From: Candidatus Bathyarchaeota archaeon
GTDB taxonomy: Archaea; Thermoproteota; Bathyarchaeia; Bathyarchaeales; Bathycorpusculaceae
Length of the DNA stretch: 64,000 nucleotides
NCBI GenBank assembly: GCA_963833575.1
Contig: CAWHXY010000006.1
Location: forward strand, 128,001 to 192,000
Direction: 5' to 3'
The position numbers and the translations under genes were made by a program. Numbering within the stretch: the first letter of the stretch is position 1; every line of letters starts with the position of its first letter. Positions 27,588-38,296 of this stretch are shown piece by piece. Under the pieces are notes generated by a model, which worked only from the letters and a program-made list of their open reading frames with translations, had not been told where the DNA came from and ran no database searches.

Positions 27588-27638
27588 GCCACGATACCTA
27601 CGTGGAGGTCTCGGGTTCAAATTGAGGCTTGGCCACCA
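27588..27638 (+). repeat. Degenerate 3'-half copy of tRNA-Ala (relic attR)
   Basis: GCCACGatacctaCGTGGAGGTCtCGGGTTCAAATtgaGGCTtGgCCACCA versus the tRNA at 22545-22595. Confidence 0.8.
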
Positions 27639-27725
27639 TTTTTCTCCACCCAACGCGCATGCTTAAGTCATAAAAAAACTTATCAATTAGCGCAAACAAA
27701 AGGCATCTAAAGAAGGACTCGATAC

Positions 27726-28244
27726 ATGTCAAGTTCTGAAAAACAGTTAGGAATCATTAAAGACATTGTTTTACCACTCGATATTAACACAAGGTATGAC
27801 TTTTATTTTACAGACAAGCGTATTGCAATAGTTTGTATGGGTAAAGCAAACCGTTTCGAATCTGAAACGTTAGAGCGAGTTTCTTTAATGCCTTCAGCGT
27901 TCGGAATGCCTTCACCCGCATCAACTTACGTGGAAAAGACAGAAGACAGACAATCGATTGACGAAGAAATAAAAAACTGGTCCATAGACGATATATTAAA
28001 GCTGAGCAAAAAAAGCTGTTTCTACACCCTTGAAGAAATCGAAGAAGTCAAATTGATTTTAGGACACAAACCCAAATTCGTTATCCTAAGTAAAGAATGT
28101 GAATCCAAGTTTTCTCCAAATGAAGAACAGTTAAAACAACTAATCGAGATATTGCCTACAATAGAAACACTCAGAAAAAAATTCGCGATTGCTGGAAACT
28201 GGAACACACTACAGGAAATATTCAAGGCACCTTTCTGTAAATAA
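27726..28244 (+). CDS. Hypothetical protein
   Basis: ORF track; YDFYFTDKRIAIV is suggestive of a PH-like fold. Confidence 0.6.
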   Translation: MSSSEKQLGIIKDIVLPLDINTRYDFYFTDKRIAIVCMGKANRFESETLERVSLMPSAFGMPSPASTYVEKTEDRQSIDEEIKNWSIDDILKLSKKSCFYTLEEIEEVKLILGHKPKFVILSKECESKFSPNEEQLKQLIEILPTIETLRKKFAIAGNWNTLQEIFKAPFCK

Positions 28245-28416
28245 TCAAGTCATTGGCAATAAAAGAATTTTGCAATCTGTAAAAAATCGTCAATCGTAAA
28301 AGATGGCCTTAACAGGTAAACATCCATTCTTATTTGGAACCGTCATAAAATCTAATTAAGAATCAGAGAAAATTTAAATCGCTGACAGTCTTTGCTTTAA
28401 AAAGGTTGATAAAGAT

Positions 28417-28968
28417 ATGAATTTTTGGAAAGACTTACCAGCAGGAGATAATCCGCCTGAATTTCTGAATATGGTTATTGAAGTCATAAGTGGCTCAAGA
28501 GACAAATACGAATACAACCTGAAATGGGAAGCTTTTGTGCTAGACAGGATTATTCCTTCGTCCGTCGTGTTTCCAGTTGAGTATGGGTTTGTTCCTCAAA
28601 CATGGTTTGACGACGAAGACCCTTTAGACATTATGGTTCTCAGCCACGCGCCACTTACTGTCGGCTGTATTGTAAAAGTCCTTGTCATAGGCGCACTAAT
28701 AATCGAAGACGAAGAAGGACTAGATGCAAAGATTCTTTCCGTATTGGTCAACGATGCGCGATCCGAAGGCTACCGGGACATAACTGACATCCACAAACAC
28801 AGATTAGTAGAGATTCAAGAATTCTTCGAAACTTACAAACGTCTTGAACCACACAAATGGGTAAAGATCAGAGCGTGGAAAAACGCAAAAGAAGCCTGGG
28901 AAATCGTAAAATACTCGATGGAAAAATACCGCGAACTCAACGAAAAGCCACCTGCAAATCACAAATAA
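28417..28968 (+). CDS. ppa: Inorganic pyrophosphatase (family I)
   Basis: KYEY, LDR, YGFVPQT, DEDPLDIMV, FFETYKRLE. Confidence 0.95.
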   Translation: MNFWKDLPAGDNPPEFLNMVIEVISGSRDKYEYNLKWEAFVLDRIIPSSVVFPVEYGFVPQTWFDDEDPLDIMVLSHAPLTVGCIVKVLVIGALIIEDEEGLDAKILSVLVNDARSEGYRDITDIHKHRLVEIQEFFETYKRLEPHKWVKIRAWKNAKEAWEIVKYSMEKYRELNEKPPANHK

Positions 28969-29109
28969 TTGTCAGGTTTATGTCCGCGTGAATAGTGATC
29001 TTGATTCGATTTTAATTAACGAATTTAAGGTATTTTGCTGTTAGAGCTTGGGGTTTAGCGTAAGTCTTAAGTTGTTCAAAGCAGTTTTGCCTTAAGGAAA
29101 AATGACAGC

Positions 29110-29415
29110 ATGGACACTTACGGTTTGGCCAATTTATTTCTAAGTTTCGCCAGCATAATAAATTTTGTAGCCTTACTGTTAATGCTCAGAGCGGTGATTA
29201 AAAACAGAAAAGTACTTCGTGGATACAGCATTCTAGGTTCATTCTTAACCTTCGTTTCTATTGTTGGCTTCGAAATTGCTTATTATTTGCTTGGAAACTT
29301 TATCGGTTTCGCATTTGGATGGGCAACCGTCGCATTCTGGTTCGTAGCATTCCTCTATAGTTTACGTCAGAGATTGAAGGGAACTGAAGAACAAAAAAAA
29401 ATGGTTGAGCCTTAA
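29110..29415 (+). CDS. Small membrane protein
   Basis: Three TM helices. Confidence 0.6.
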   Translation: MDTYGLANLFLSFASIINFVALLLMLRAVIKNRKVLRGYSILGSFLTFVSIVGFEIAYYLLGNFIGFAFGWATVAFWFVAFLYSLRQRLKGTEEQKKMVEP

Positions 29416-31001
29416 CTGGCTGGAAATTGAATTGTGAATTTTGTGCCTTTGCCTTCTTGGCTTTCAAAACTGATGGTGCCGCCATGCGCCTCCATTACAC
29501 GTTTGCACACGGCTAAGCCAAAGCCTTGACCTCTTGGCTTTGTAGTAAATAAGGGGGTGAAGATTTGGGCTTTAATCCTTTCGGGTATCCCGATTCCTGT
29601 GTCCTCCACAGTTACCGATACCTGTCCCTCAGAATTAACTTGCGATTTTAGGGTTAAATTACCGCCATTGGGCATTGCTTGCAATGCATTCGTTACAAGG
29701 TTGATTAGTACTCGCTTCAAAAGTTGAACATCAGCTTTTATTTGAGGAAAATCATCTGCAAACTCTTCTAGCAGGTTAATATTTGGTGGAATAACAATGG
29801 AAGAGAAGACGAAGTCAACGAGTTCTTTTAGTTTAATTGGTTTTTTATCTACTTTTATGGGACGAACAAACGCTTGTAGATCAGAAACAATCTTATCCAT
29901 GTAGATTGCTTGTTCGTCTATTGCCTGCAGACTCTCTTGCAGGTTGGTTTTGACTTCATCTTCGGAAAGTGATTCGACCTCTTTTTTTGCCAAGTACAAT
30001 TCGCCTGTTATTGTTTGAAGCGGATTGCGGAGGTCATGACCCACCATACCTGCGGTTTGACCAATAGCTGCTAATCGCTCCGAGTCTTTAAGCTGCTTAG
30101 TTCTTTCCTCAATAATATTTTGCAACATTCCTGCTTGCTGTTCAAGATTTTTTTGAAGTGCTTTCTGATCAGAGATGTCTCGCACAATGGACCATATTCC
30201 CACCACTTTTCCTTTGCCATTAGTTAGCCGCCAAGTTCGAACGGAAGCAGGAAAAATTGAGTTATCTTTGCGTTTGTATTCTCTTTCAAAAAGGATAGAG
30301 TGCCCCGTCTTTAGCACTTTTTTAACGACTTTTTCTCTTTGTTCGAACCATTTCTCTGGAAGTAATTGCTGAACAGTCATATCTCTGAGTTCTCTTTTTG
30401 AGTAACCGAGCATTTTGGCGTAAGCTCTGTTGCAGTTAATCATGCGTCCGTGGAGATCTCGAGCCATGATTCCATCTTGAGTTGTTTCATATAGTCTGCG
30501 GTATTTTTTTTCTGAAATAACAAGTTCCTGTGCCCATCTTTCTCGATCCTCAAGATCCTTTGCATTTTTCTTTTTTTGCTCAGTTATATCTGTAAATACT
30601 GAAAGAATAAAGTCCTTTTTTGGGGTATAAGCGTAAACTTGATACCACTTTTTCTGAGACTTCCCGTAAGTTTCATAATATTGTGGAACACCAGTTTTGG
30701 CTATTCTACGATAAATATTTGCCCAGTTTATTTCTTTTTTAAATTTTGGAATGACGCGAATAGCTTTTTTTCCGATACGTAGTCTGCTAAATAAGTGCAA
30801 ATCTTTGTAAGCCCTGTTGCTTCCAAGAAGAACCAAATCAGGCTCTGATTTTTGGTTAAGCATCATACGAAACAAAGCAACACCCTGAGGCAGATTCTCA
30901 AGCAAATTTTGGAATTGTTGACCGCTTATCCCCAACTCTTCAAAAGAATCCCTAAGAACATCGCCATTGTCTATTTGAGAGCGTGGTTGAAAAGAATTCA
31001 T
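29412..31001 (-). CDS. PAS-domain sensor histidine kinase
   Basis: GHDLRNPL H-box, NLVTNALQAM, DTGIGI, GQGFGL, PAS/PAC domains. Confidence 0.92.
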   Translation of the reverse strand: MNSFQPRSQIDNGDVLRDSFEELGISGQQFQNLLENLPQGVALFRMMLNQKSEPDLVLLGSNRAYKDLHLFSRLRIGKKAIRVIPKFKKEINWANIYRRIAKTGVPQYYETYGKSQKKWYQVYAYTPKKDFILSVFTDITEQKKKNAKDLEDRERWAQELVISEKKYRRLYETTQDGIMARDLHGRMINCNRAYAKMLGYSKRELRDMTVQQLLPEKWFEQREKVVKKVLKTGHSILFEREYKRKDNSIFPASVRTWRLTNGKGKVVGIWSIVRDISDQKALQKNLEQQAGMLQNIIEERTKQLKDSERLAAIGQTAGMVGHDLRNPLQTITGELYLAKKEVESLSEDEVKTNLQESLQAIDEQAIYMDKIVSDLQAFVRPIKVDKKPIKLKELVDFVFSSIVIPPNINLLEEFADDFPQIKADVQLLKRVLINLVTNALQAMPNGGNLTLKSQVNSEGQVSVTVEDTGIGIPERIKAQIFTPLFTTKPRGQGFGLAVCKRVMEAHGGTISFESQEGKGTKFTIQFPAS

Positions 31002-31182
31002 TAATGGAGGAGCCTGTCTTTTCGACTTTGTCTGAGGAACATCGATAGAATTTACTATCTTGTTACTCCCCCACTATATTGAATTTAGTGAGTTAAGAGC
31101 ATAAAAAACTTTCCAATATCGCATGGGTTAATAAATAATCTAGATTTTATTGGAAGAAGCTGAAAGTTTTAGGTTCCGATTC

Positions 31183-32067
31183 TTAAGATCTCAAGTAAAC
31201 AGAGTAATTGAAGATTTTGCAGTTAGGACCTAACGAGTAGTTTAATCCTGCCCATGAAAAACGGCGTTTTGTATTTTCCCAGCCCCTAAATAGTGCTGCT
31301 CCTCTGTTTTTTTGAATACAAAATGACACTTGCCTCTTACTGCTAAGCATGCGAGCTTGATTAGCAATTACTTCATCCCATCCGCCTATTTTGTTACCAA
31401 CCAGTTTCAAGTTATAAGAATCCACATATGTATCAAAGATGGTTGAGCCTTGCTCATTCAAAACCAAAATCTCTTCACAACCGTCTAATGACAAATCAGA
31501 AAAATCAGCTTTGATGTTTATTGTTGAAGTTTGAATTTCATAATTGACATTTATTGTGCCCCTTGGGTTAACTTTCTGGAAATCTGTTTTTATTTTTGCC
31601 AAGTTTCGCAGTTCCATAATGTTATTAAAAACTGAGGAGAAATTTTTATGACGCAAATATAATTTTTCGAAATTTTTTCGCGCCATTGAGTAAACGCCGT
31701 CATCTAAGTATGTCGAACGCCAAAATTTTTTCCTTGAAATCGCATCCAAAACAAAAGTTTTCTTAATACTAAAAACTGAATGGTTTTTTTGAATTGACAC
31801 ATCCGCCGAGCTGGAAAAGTATGTTTTGTCATTATATTTAATGACGGGAACTCCAAAACCCATCCCTTCTTCTATCACTTCTTTGTTATCGAGCAATAAT
31901 ACAAGACCCTTATGGAGCGGAGCTGTTTCCATGCAGCGAGGGCGAGAGTCCAAGTATAACCTTACTGATAGCCTGTTGGTTAGGCTTATGGTAACAGGTT
32001 TTTGAAGATAACTCGAATGTAACCTCGTAGTGGTTTCAAGAGAATTCACGATTATAACCTTGTACAA
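31183..32067 (-). CDS. Hypothetical protein
   Basis: 294-aa ORF; EGMGFGVPV motif, family not recognised. Confidence 0.6.
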   Translation of the reverse strand: MYKVIIVNSLETTTRLHSSYLQKPVTISLTNRLSVRLYLDSRPRCMETAPLHKGLVLLLDNKEVIEEGMGFGVPVIKYNDKTYFSSSADVSIQKNHSVFSIKKTFVLDAISRKKFWRSTYLDDGVYSMARKNFEKLYLRHKNFSSVFNNIMELRNLAKIKTDFQKVNPRGTINVNYEIQTSTINIKADFSDLSLDGCEEILVLNEQGSTIFDTYVDSYNLKLVGNKIGGWDEVIANQARMLSSKRQVSFCIQKNRGAALFRGWENTKRRFSWAGLNYSLGPNCKIFNYSVYLRS

Positions 32068-32208
32068 ATTTTATATGTTAGAAATTTTTTTCTAACCATT
32101 TTTGCATGAACTCAATATTTAATAGGTATGATTACCTTAAGTGAGTTGTAATAACTATACCGTTACTTGCGAACATTAAACCATAAGTAACAGGCGGAGT
32201 TAAAGCTT

Positions 32209-33393
32209 GTGTTTTTGGATTCTCTTTTCAATTATATATGGCTAATATGGTTATTCGGTATCCCAATATATTACTCGTTGGCTTATGAGATAATAAGATA
32301 CAGAAAAGTGATGGTTAAGAAAACATTTGTTCCTATTAATCCAAAAAGAATGATATTTCAGATAACAACGATAGGCAACATGGAAATTGTGCAGGATTCG
32401 GTTGACAACATTAATCGCATTTGTAAAGAAGTTGGATATGAGAATTACAGAATAGATGTAGTTTCGGAAGTGGATGAAAGTTTTGAAGGCGCTGTTACTG
32501 TAACTGTCCCTCAAAATTATTCAACCTTCAATCATGCCAAATACAAAGCTAGAGCATTACATTATGCAATAGAACGAAGAGAAGAAAAAGGAGAAAACAC
32601 AAGTGACACATGGATATACCACCTTGACGACGAATCAATGATTACCAAGCAAGGGCTTTTGTCAATTCTAGATCATGCAGATAATAATCGAGAGCCAATA
32701 GCAGAAGGACTAATTACTTACCCAAATAAAATTAACGTCGGAAGTAAACTGGTCAAGTATCTGGATGCGGTAAGACCAACATTTTGTTACACTTGCTGTG
32801 CAATGTTAAAATCACAAGGAAAACCTGAATGGCTACATGGCTCAAACCTGCTTTTAAGAGCAGATATAGAAAAAAACATTGGCTGGGATTTTCCCGAAAC
32901 CTGCGCGGAAGACAGCTTGTTTGGTTATGTAGCACACAAAAAATACGGTGGGATCTTTGGTTGGCACGGAGGCGTTCTCGAAGAACAATCACCATTCACA
33001 TTTAGCGACTTTATTAAGCAAAGACAAAGATGGATAAAAGGAACATTTGAAAATTTGAGTAGAATGGGAATATTGGAAAAGATGAAAACAACGTATAGAA
33101 TGGCAAGTTGGTTTCTTGGCTCGGTGAGTTTTTTTACACTAATACCCTCATTATTTATAAAACAGTGGTATCCTTCGTGTCTCGCCCCTTTCTTTGTTTT
33201 AGATACAATCATCCTGTTTGCCGTTTACCAAATAGGATTGGAAATGAACTTTAGTAAAGTGAGCAAGAAGCAAAAGATTTATGATCATATCAAAATTTTT
33301 GTAGTGTCTCCTATACTTTGGTTTCTAGAAGCAATTCCGATGATGTTGTATTTCTTTAAAAAAGCAACAAAGTTTTATGTCATTAAGAAATAG
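32209..33393 (+). CDS. Membrane GT2 glycosyltransferase (egghead-like)
   Basis: KARAL, HLDDES, HGSNLL, AED, QRQRW, C-terminal TM helices. Confidence 0.8.
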   Translation: MFLDSLFNYIWLIWLFGIPIYYSLAYEIIRYRKVMVKKTFVPINPKRMIFQITTIGNMEIVQDSVDNINRICKEVGYENYRIDVVSEVDESFEGAVTVTVPQNYSTFNHAKYKARALHYAIERREEKGENTSDTWIYHLDDESMITKQGLLSILDHADNNREPIAEGLITYPNKINVGSKLVKYLDAVRPTFCYTCCAMLKSQGKPEWLHGSNLLLRADIEKNIGWDFPETCAEDSLFGYVAHKKYGGIFGWHGGVLEEQSPFTFSDFIKQRQRWIKGTFENLSRMGILEKMKTTYRMASWFLGSVSFFTLIPSLFIKQWYPSCLAPFFVLDTIILFAVYQIGLEMNFSKVSKKQKIYDHIKIFVVSPILWFLEAIPMMLYFFKKATKFYVIKK

Positions 33394-33527
33394 GCAGGAA
33401 AGAAAATGATGAGGGTCTGCGTATATCGCGAAAAAATGAAAACAATGGAACCGAGTTTGCAGTAGCAGTTCACAACCTATCGATATTAGTTTATTTTTAA
33501 TACTTAATATTCAATAAAGGCTTAACA

Positions 33528-34529
33528 ATGATTAGAAAAGTAAGCAAAAAAAAGAATATTCAAACTGTTCTAACAATTACATTAATTTCATTGATAATAA
33601 TAACCGCTGTTCTAATGAATTTTTTCTCACAATCAAGTTTTAGATTAAACATCGATGCAATCAGACAAATACCAAAACTATCAGCCCTTCCAATAAGTGT
33701 GATAGGAATCAATGAAACAAATATTTTGAATGAAACTAAACTTGACTATAACTCCTCTTCTGCACAACTTAACAAAAATTCTATTTCTTCAGACACCTCA
33801 AAATTCAACACAAATAATTATGACGGTTATTCTGTTCTTCAGCTAGCTATGATGCAACTCTATTTCTCATCTCCAAACACAAATCAAGGCCCTACAATTT
33901 GGTCAAACACCACTTTTCCAATAAACGTAACAGAATCCATTTCCTTAGAAAACTCCAACTTCACCACATATACTTATGGCGGTTATCCTGTCCTGCAGCC
34001 AAACAAAACCGAGTTCAATTTTTCATTTCCAAATAACACAAATCAAGGGCAATTAGCTGGATCGGATGCCCTTACCTTGAATACTTACGCTGTTCAAAAG
34101 ATAGGCTTTGACGCAACGTTCATAGCACCCAAAACTGGTGCACTTGGATTTGATGAGATGGCAATCTTTGCCACTTCAGACATTATAACCTATAAAGGAG
34201 TGGAATTTGGCATAAGAATGGACTTAAAAGATGGTTTTGTCTACGGATATATCCAAGAGCCAAATGGCAACTATGGAGATATTAGTTTTCAGATGGTGAA
34301 TCTCATGCCTAACGATGGAATAATACATCGTTATACCTTAATTGTGTATAGCTCAGGAGTCTATTTTTTCATTGATGGAATAGACCATGGTCACTTGAAT
34401 TTTCCAAGCAATAATGACTATTCCAATCTTACTTATTCTATTCTTGCAGTTGTTCATAGGTTTACGGATTATTGGGATTCCAACGGTGATATTATGATAG
34501 CAGGAAACTTTTCCCTTAATCAACAGTAA
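33528..34529 (+). CDS. Membrane-anchored extracellular protein with internal duplication and beta-sandwich (LamG/ConA-like) C-terminus
   Basis: N-terminal TM, many NxS/T sites, HRYTLIV...FFIDG pattern, duplicated segment ending PN(N)TNQG. Confidence 0.55.
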   Translation: MIRKVSKKKNIQTVLTITLISLIIITAVLMNFFSQSSFRLNIDAIRQIPKLSALPISVIGINETNILNETKLDYNSSSAQLNKNSISSDTSKFNTNNYDGYSVLQLAMMQLYFSSPNTNQGPTIWSNTTFPINVTESISLENSNFTTYTYGGYPVLQPNKTEFNFSFPNNTNQGQLAGSDALTLNTYAVQKIGFDATFIAPKTGALGFDEMAIFATSDIITYKGVEFGIRMDLKDGFVYGYIQEPNGNYGDISFQMVNLMPNDGIIHRYTLIVYSSGVYFFIDGIDHGHLNFPSNNDYSNLTYSILAVVHRFTDYWDSNGDIMIAGNFSLNQQ

Positions 34530-34565
34530 GAAAGACCCCGACGTTAGATGTACCCTAAAAAAATT

Positions 34566-35918
34566 TTAGGGTAATTGCTCACTGTTTGAATTTTTCTTGA
34601 TAGGTAACATTTCAAAAACCAATTTCCAAGCGAAAACCTGCCATGCAGCCACAACAATAAACCTACCGATGAGTCTCCAAATTCGGATATGCTGATCGAG
34701 TTGCACTAAAGATGATATTATTGAGGGAGAAACAAGGAAAAACAATTGAGGGAACGATGTATTGAAGAAAGGAAAAACAAGAGGAATCATCGATAGAAAC
34801 ATGAAGTTGCGGAAATTCAACTTTTTGAATGATAACGCAATGACCGCGAGAGGTAATATCACATTTATGTTGGGTTCCGAGATCCATGAACGTGTTAGAA
34901 AGAAAACAAGGAGTAAGCCAACCGCTGCTTGCGCCGTCTCAACCAAGGATTTTGGCGGATTACGATAAATAAAGTAGTAGGCAATCAGCAACGCGGGAAT
35001 CCATAGATAACCCAAGAATTGGAGATTTGAAGGAAAGGTTGTCTTATTCCAAAGTAGTTCCACGAAACTAAAGATAGTCATACCCCCCGCCATTTTGAAA
35101 TAGGAGCTCACCTGGAAACCTGACGATGGCACCATCCAATGCAATAAGTAAAAAGGCACAAACCACAATGCTAACAAGACTAGAAAAGCAACAAACAGGT
35201 AAAGGGCGATTTTTTTGGCTTTTCTGGTCTGGTAGCAGACAAGTGGTAGACCAATTAGTGGAATAGAGATAGGTTTTAGGACTAAACTGATCGCTAGCAG
35301 TAATGAAGATTTTCCAACATTGCATTTGCTTAGAAAATAAATTGAAGCTACGCATAGTAGGGCGATTAGTGTGTCAAACTCTCCCCATGCCGTAGTCGTC
35401 AGTAGCGTAAAGGGATTGAATAGCAGAAAAAGCCATGCAGCTTTTGCCTTCTTTTCGGAGGCGCCTACCTGAAGCATTACAGTTTTGGTCACGTAGGCTA
35501 AGGCTATGTTGCTAGCGATTACTGGAATTTTTATGGCAAAGTTGTAGAGGAAAAGGTTTGGTATAATGTTGAATGTTAACCGGTAAATTAAACCCAAAAG
35601 CAAGGGCCATAGCGGAGGGTACCCTATGATGGGATTGATTCCTGTTAGGTCAGGGTTTGAAGAGAAGATCGTGATTAAATGCGGTTGATATGGATTCAAG
35701 CCTGCACTAACTAGATACCCGGTGTCGATGAATGATCTTTCATCGTAGTAATGCCCAAGAAAAATGGCTAAAGGCACCTGAACTGCAATGCTTATGATTA
35801 CTATTAGAATTTCTCGGTTAACGCGGGGTTTGAGCATAAAATTTTCCAAAAGCTTTTGATAACCAGGGATTAAATAGAGTTTAATCAAGCAAGCATATTT
35901 AAAATGCTCGAATGACAA
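34566..35918 (-). CDS. GT-C fold membrane glycosyltransferase (GT87/PIG-M-like)
   Basis: GHYYDE, GYPPLWP, LFNPF...WGEFD, many TM helices. Confidence 0.75.
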   Translation of the reverse strand: MSFEHFKYACLIKLYLIPGYQKLLENFMLKPRVNREILIVIISIAVQVPLAIFLGHYYDERSFIDTGYLVSAGLNPYQPHLITIFSSNPDLTGINPIIGYPPLWPLLLGLIYRLTFNIIPNLFLYNFAIKIPVIASNIALAYVTKTVMLQVGASEKKAKAAWLFLLFNPFTLLTTTAWGEFDTLIALLCVASIYFLSKCNVGKSSLLLAISLVLKPISIPLIGLPLVCYQTRKAKKIALYLFVAFLVLLALWFVPFYLLHWMVPSSGFQVSSYFKMAGGMTIFSFVELLWNKTTFPSNLQFLGYLWIPALLIAYYFIYRNPPKSLVETAQAAVGLLLVFFLTRSWISEPNINVILPLAVIALSFKKLNFRNFMFLSMIPLVFPFFNTSFPQLFFLVSPSIISSLVQLDQHIRIWRLIGRFIVVAAWQVFAWKLVFEMLPIKKNSNSEQLP

Positions 35919-36004
35919 AAATATGGACCTTTCAGTGCATACTTTGGTTTTTAGTTCAGAAATAGTCTTAAAGTTGTCTTTGTGATAGTATTTGCGAAGT
36001 TTGT

Positions 36005-37195
36005 ATGCCTACTAATTTGCCGCCTGAAGCAATGGATAAATGGGAGCTAGTTGAAGCTGCCCATACGCCTAAAGAAAAAATGGATGCCATGATTGAGTTC
36101 CTAAAGTATGTTCCACATCACAAAGGCACCATGAAACTTCGCGGCGAAATGAACAGGAAAATTGCGATGATCCGCGATGACTTGGAGAATAAGAAGCGGA
36201 AGGGCACGGGCAAGAGCAGCGGGGGACCCAAACTTTTCATTGAAAAAGGCGCTTCAGCTCAGGTAGCGTTGATCGGCATGACTAACGTGGGCAAAAGCTG
36301 CCTTATGTGCGCCACTACAAACTCAAAAGTGGCTGTAACCCCTACGCCGTTTAGCACCCATGAACCAGTACCGGGCATCATGAATTATTTGGATGTACAA
36401 TTTCAGATTGTAGAGGCACCCGCCGTAATGGAGGGCGCGGCGGAAGGGAAGGCAGGTGGGAACGTTACGCTTGGGTTAGCGCGGAATGCTGACGGCGTAA
36501 TTTTAATGCTGGATTTGTCCCGCGACCCCGTGGCTCAATTGGAGTTGATCTTGGGGGAGCTTGAAAAGACCCGTGTTTTGGTAAGTAAGCCCTGTGGGGG
36601 GCGTGTGGAAATCGAGCGCCGCCCTGCCGGTAATCGACTTAGAGTTATCATTGTGGGCAGACTCATCGACTGCAGTATGCGAGAAATCGAGGAACTTTTG
36701 AGAAGCTACAAAATCAACGACGCCATCGTACGCATAAACGGCGCCGTAACCCTAAACGACGTAGAAGATGCCATATACGAAAACACCATCTACAAACCAG
36801 CCGTAATCGTCGCTAACAAACTTGACCTGCCAGGCACAACGACGAACCTACGTCGTCTGAGGCAGCATGTCAACGGCAAACTACCCATCGTTCCCATGTC
36901 ATGCGAACGCAAACTTGGCATGCAAGAGCTGGGAAAAGCCATCTTTGAATCCCTCGGAATCATCAGAATCTACACTAAAGAGCCAGGCATGAGAGCACAC
37001 AGTGACCACCCATTCGCCCTCCGAAAAGGCGCCACAGTCAACGAACTTGCAAAAAACATCCACAAAGAACTTTTGATGAATTTCATGTTTGCCATGGTTT
37101 GGGCGAAACGATTGCCTTTCAGCCCAAAAAAAGTCGGGATGAACTTTATTTTAGATGATGGAGACATCGTCGAGATTCATGCCAGAATAGCCTAA
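36005..37195 (+). CDS. DRG/RBG-family GTPase with TGS domain
   Basis: MPTNLPPEA, PHHKGT, GMTNVGKS, NKLD, IRIYTKEPG, DGDIVEIH. Confidence 0.92.
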   Translation: MPTNLPPEAMDKWELVEAAHTPKEKMDAMIEFLKYVPHHKGTMKLRGEMNRKIAMIRDDLENKKRKGTGKSSGGPKLFIEKGASAQVALIGMTNVGKSCLMCATTNSKVAVTPTPFSTHEPVPGIMNYLDVQFQIVEAPAVMEGAAEGKAGGNVTLGLARNADGVILMLDLSRDPVAQLELILGELEKTRVLVSKPCGGRVEIERRPAGNRLRVIIVGRLIDCSMREIEELLRSYKINDAIVRINGAVTLNDVEDAIYENTIYKPAVIVANKLDLPGTTTNLRRLRQHVNGKLPIVPMSCERKLGMQELGKAIFESLGIIRIYTKEPGMRAHSDHPFALRKGATVNELAKNIHKELLMNFMFAMVWAKRLPFSPKKVGMNFILDDGDIVEIHARIA

Positions 37196-37262
37196 AATAA
37201 ATAGCAAACTAAAAATTTAGAAAAATAAAAAAATTTAAAATGAAAAGAAATTGTTGGGCAGT

Positions 37263-37850
37263 TTATCTGCTGGATTGGGCAACGCGTTCAATTTCGTTGC
37301 GTTTAGCTATTGCAACACTTTTTATGTCTTTGTTTGCTGCTAGCACGAGTTCATCGGCGAGGGTTTCTTGAATGCTGCGTGGGTTATTTTTGCTTGAGGC
37401 TCTGGCGCCTTCAGTTATGTGGCGTATGGCTAGGTCTATTCTGCGTTGTGGTGCAACGTCGACGGATAAGTGATAGACAACTCCACCGTAGCTGACTCTT
37501 GTGGTGTCTTCGCATGGAGAAGCATTTTCAACTGCTTTAACGAGTACTTCAATCGGGTTTTTGCCTGTGCGTAAGTTGATTATTTCGAATGTTTCCTTGA
37601 CAATGTTTGTTGCTTTGGCTTTTTTACCTGAGTTTTTGCCTGATCGCATTAGGCCGTTGATTAAGCGTTCGACTATGTTGACTTTGGCTTTTCGGAAGCG
37701 TTGGTGTTCGTGACGTCCCATACTGTGGGGTGCGACCATCGGGGTGAGGTTTAAGTAGCGTTGTAAACCGATGTCTACGACTACTATATCTTTGAAGGTC
37801 CATTTTTGGAAAAGTTTGATTTCTTGAGGTTGGGCTATTGTTTGTGACAT
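37263..37850 (-). CDS. rps7: 30S ribosomal protein S7 (uS7)
   Basis: IVERLIN, NPIEVLVKAVEN, VDVAPQRRID, ERVAQSSR. Confidence 0.97.
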   Translation of the reverse strand: MSQTIAQPQEIKLFQKWTFKDIVVVDIGLQRYLNLTPMVAPHSMGRHEHQRFRKAKVNIVERLINGLMRSGKNSGKKAKATNIVKETFEIINLRTGKNPIEVLVKAVENASPCEDTTRVSYGGVVYHLSVDVAPQRRIDLAIRHITEGARASSKNNPRSIQETLADELVLAANKDIKSVAIAKRNEIERVAQSSR

Positions 37851-37855
37851 ATTAA

Positions 37856-38296
37856 TTACCTTGCTGGTTTCTGTTTCCGTCCGTAAACAAGTTCGTTTAG
37901 GCTTACGCCATTAACCATAACAACTTTCCATCTGACGCCAGGAATGTCTCCCATAGCGCCGCCTCTGGTGCCGCCGATTCCTTCAACAACAACTTCGTCG
38001 TGTTCGTCAACCACGTTTAATGCGCCGTCTCCAGGTAGGAACGCGGTGATGGTTCTTCCGTTTTTGATAAGTTGTGTGCGGACACATTTGCGGATGGCGC
38101 TGTTGGGCTGTTTTGATTCAACGCCTACTTTTTCTAGAACGATACCCCGAGACTGGGGTGCACCCTGCATAGGGTCTACTTTTTCGTCTAGCATAAGCAT
38201 GCGCCTGTTAAAGTAACGATCGTGCCAACGGAAATTCTTCCGTTTCTTTGCTAGTTGCCTTGCGGCAAATTCGCCTCTTGGTGACTTGGAACCCAT
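37856..38296 (-). CDS. rps12: 30S ribosomal protein S12 (uS12)
   Basis: [29 protein letters not shown]. Start placed at MGSKSPRG. Confidence 0.97.
   Translation of the reverse strand: MGSKSPRGEFAARQLAKKRKNFRWHDRYFNRRMLMLDEKVDPMQGAPQSRGIVLEKVGVESKQPNSAIRKCVRTQLIKNGRTITAFLPGDGALNVVDEHDEVVVEGIGGTRGGAMGDIPGVRWKVVMVNGVSLNELVYGRKQKPAR

Larger units (their letters stand above)
22596..27638. mobile_element. tRNA-Ala-anchored genomic island, no integrase visible, candidate defence island
   Basis: Visibly AT-rich. Bounded by the tRNA 3' end and a degenerate copy of it at 27588-27638. Confidence 0.75.

Noticed and set aside
27588-27638. Second tRNA gene
   Set aside because: Lacks the 5' acceptor strand and D arm, and the T stem is mismatched. 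It is an att relic.
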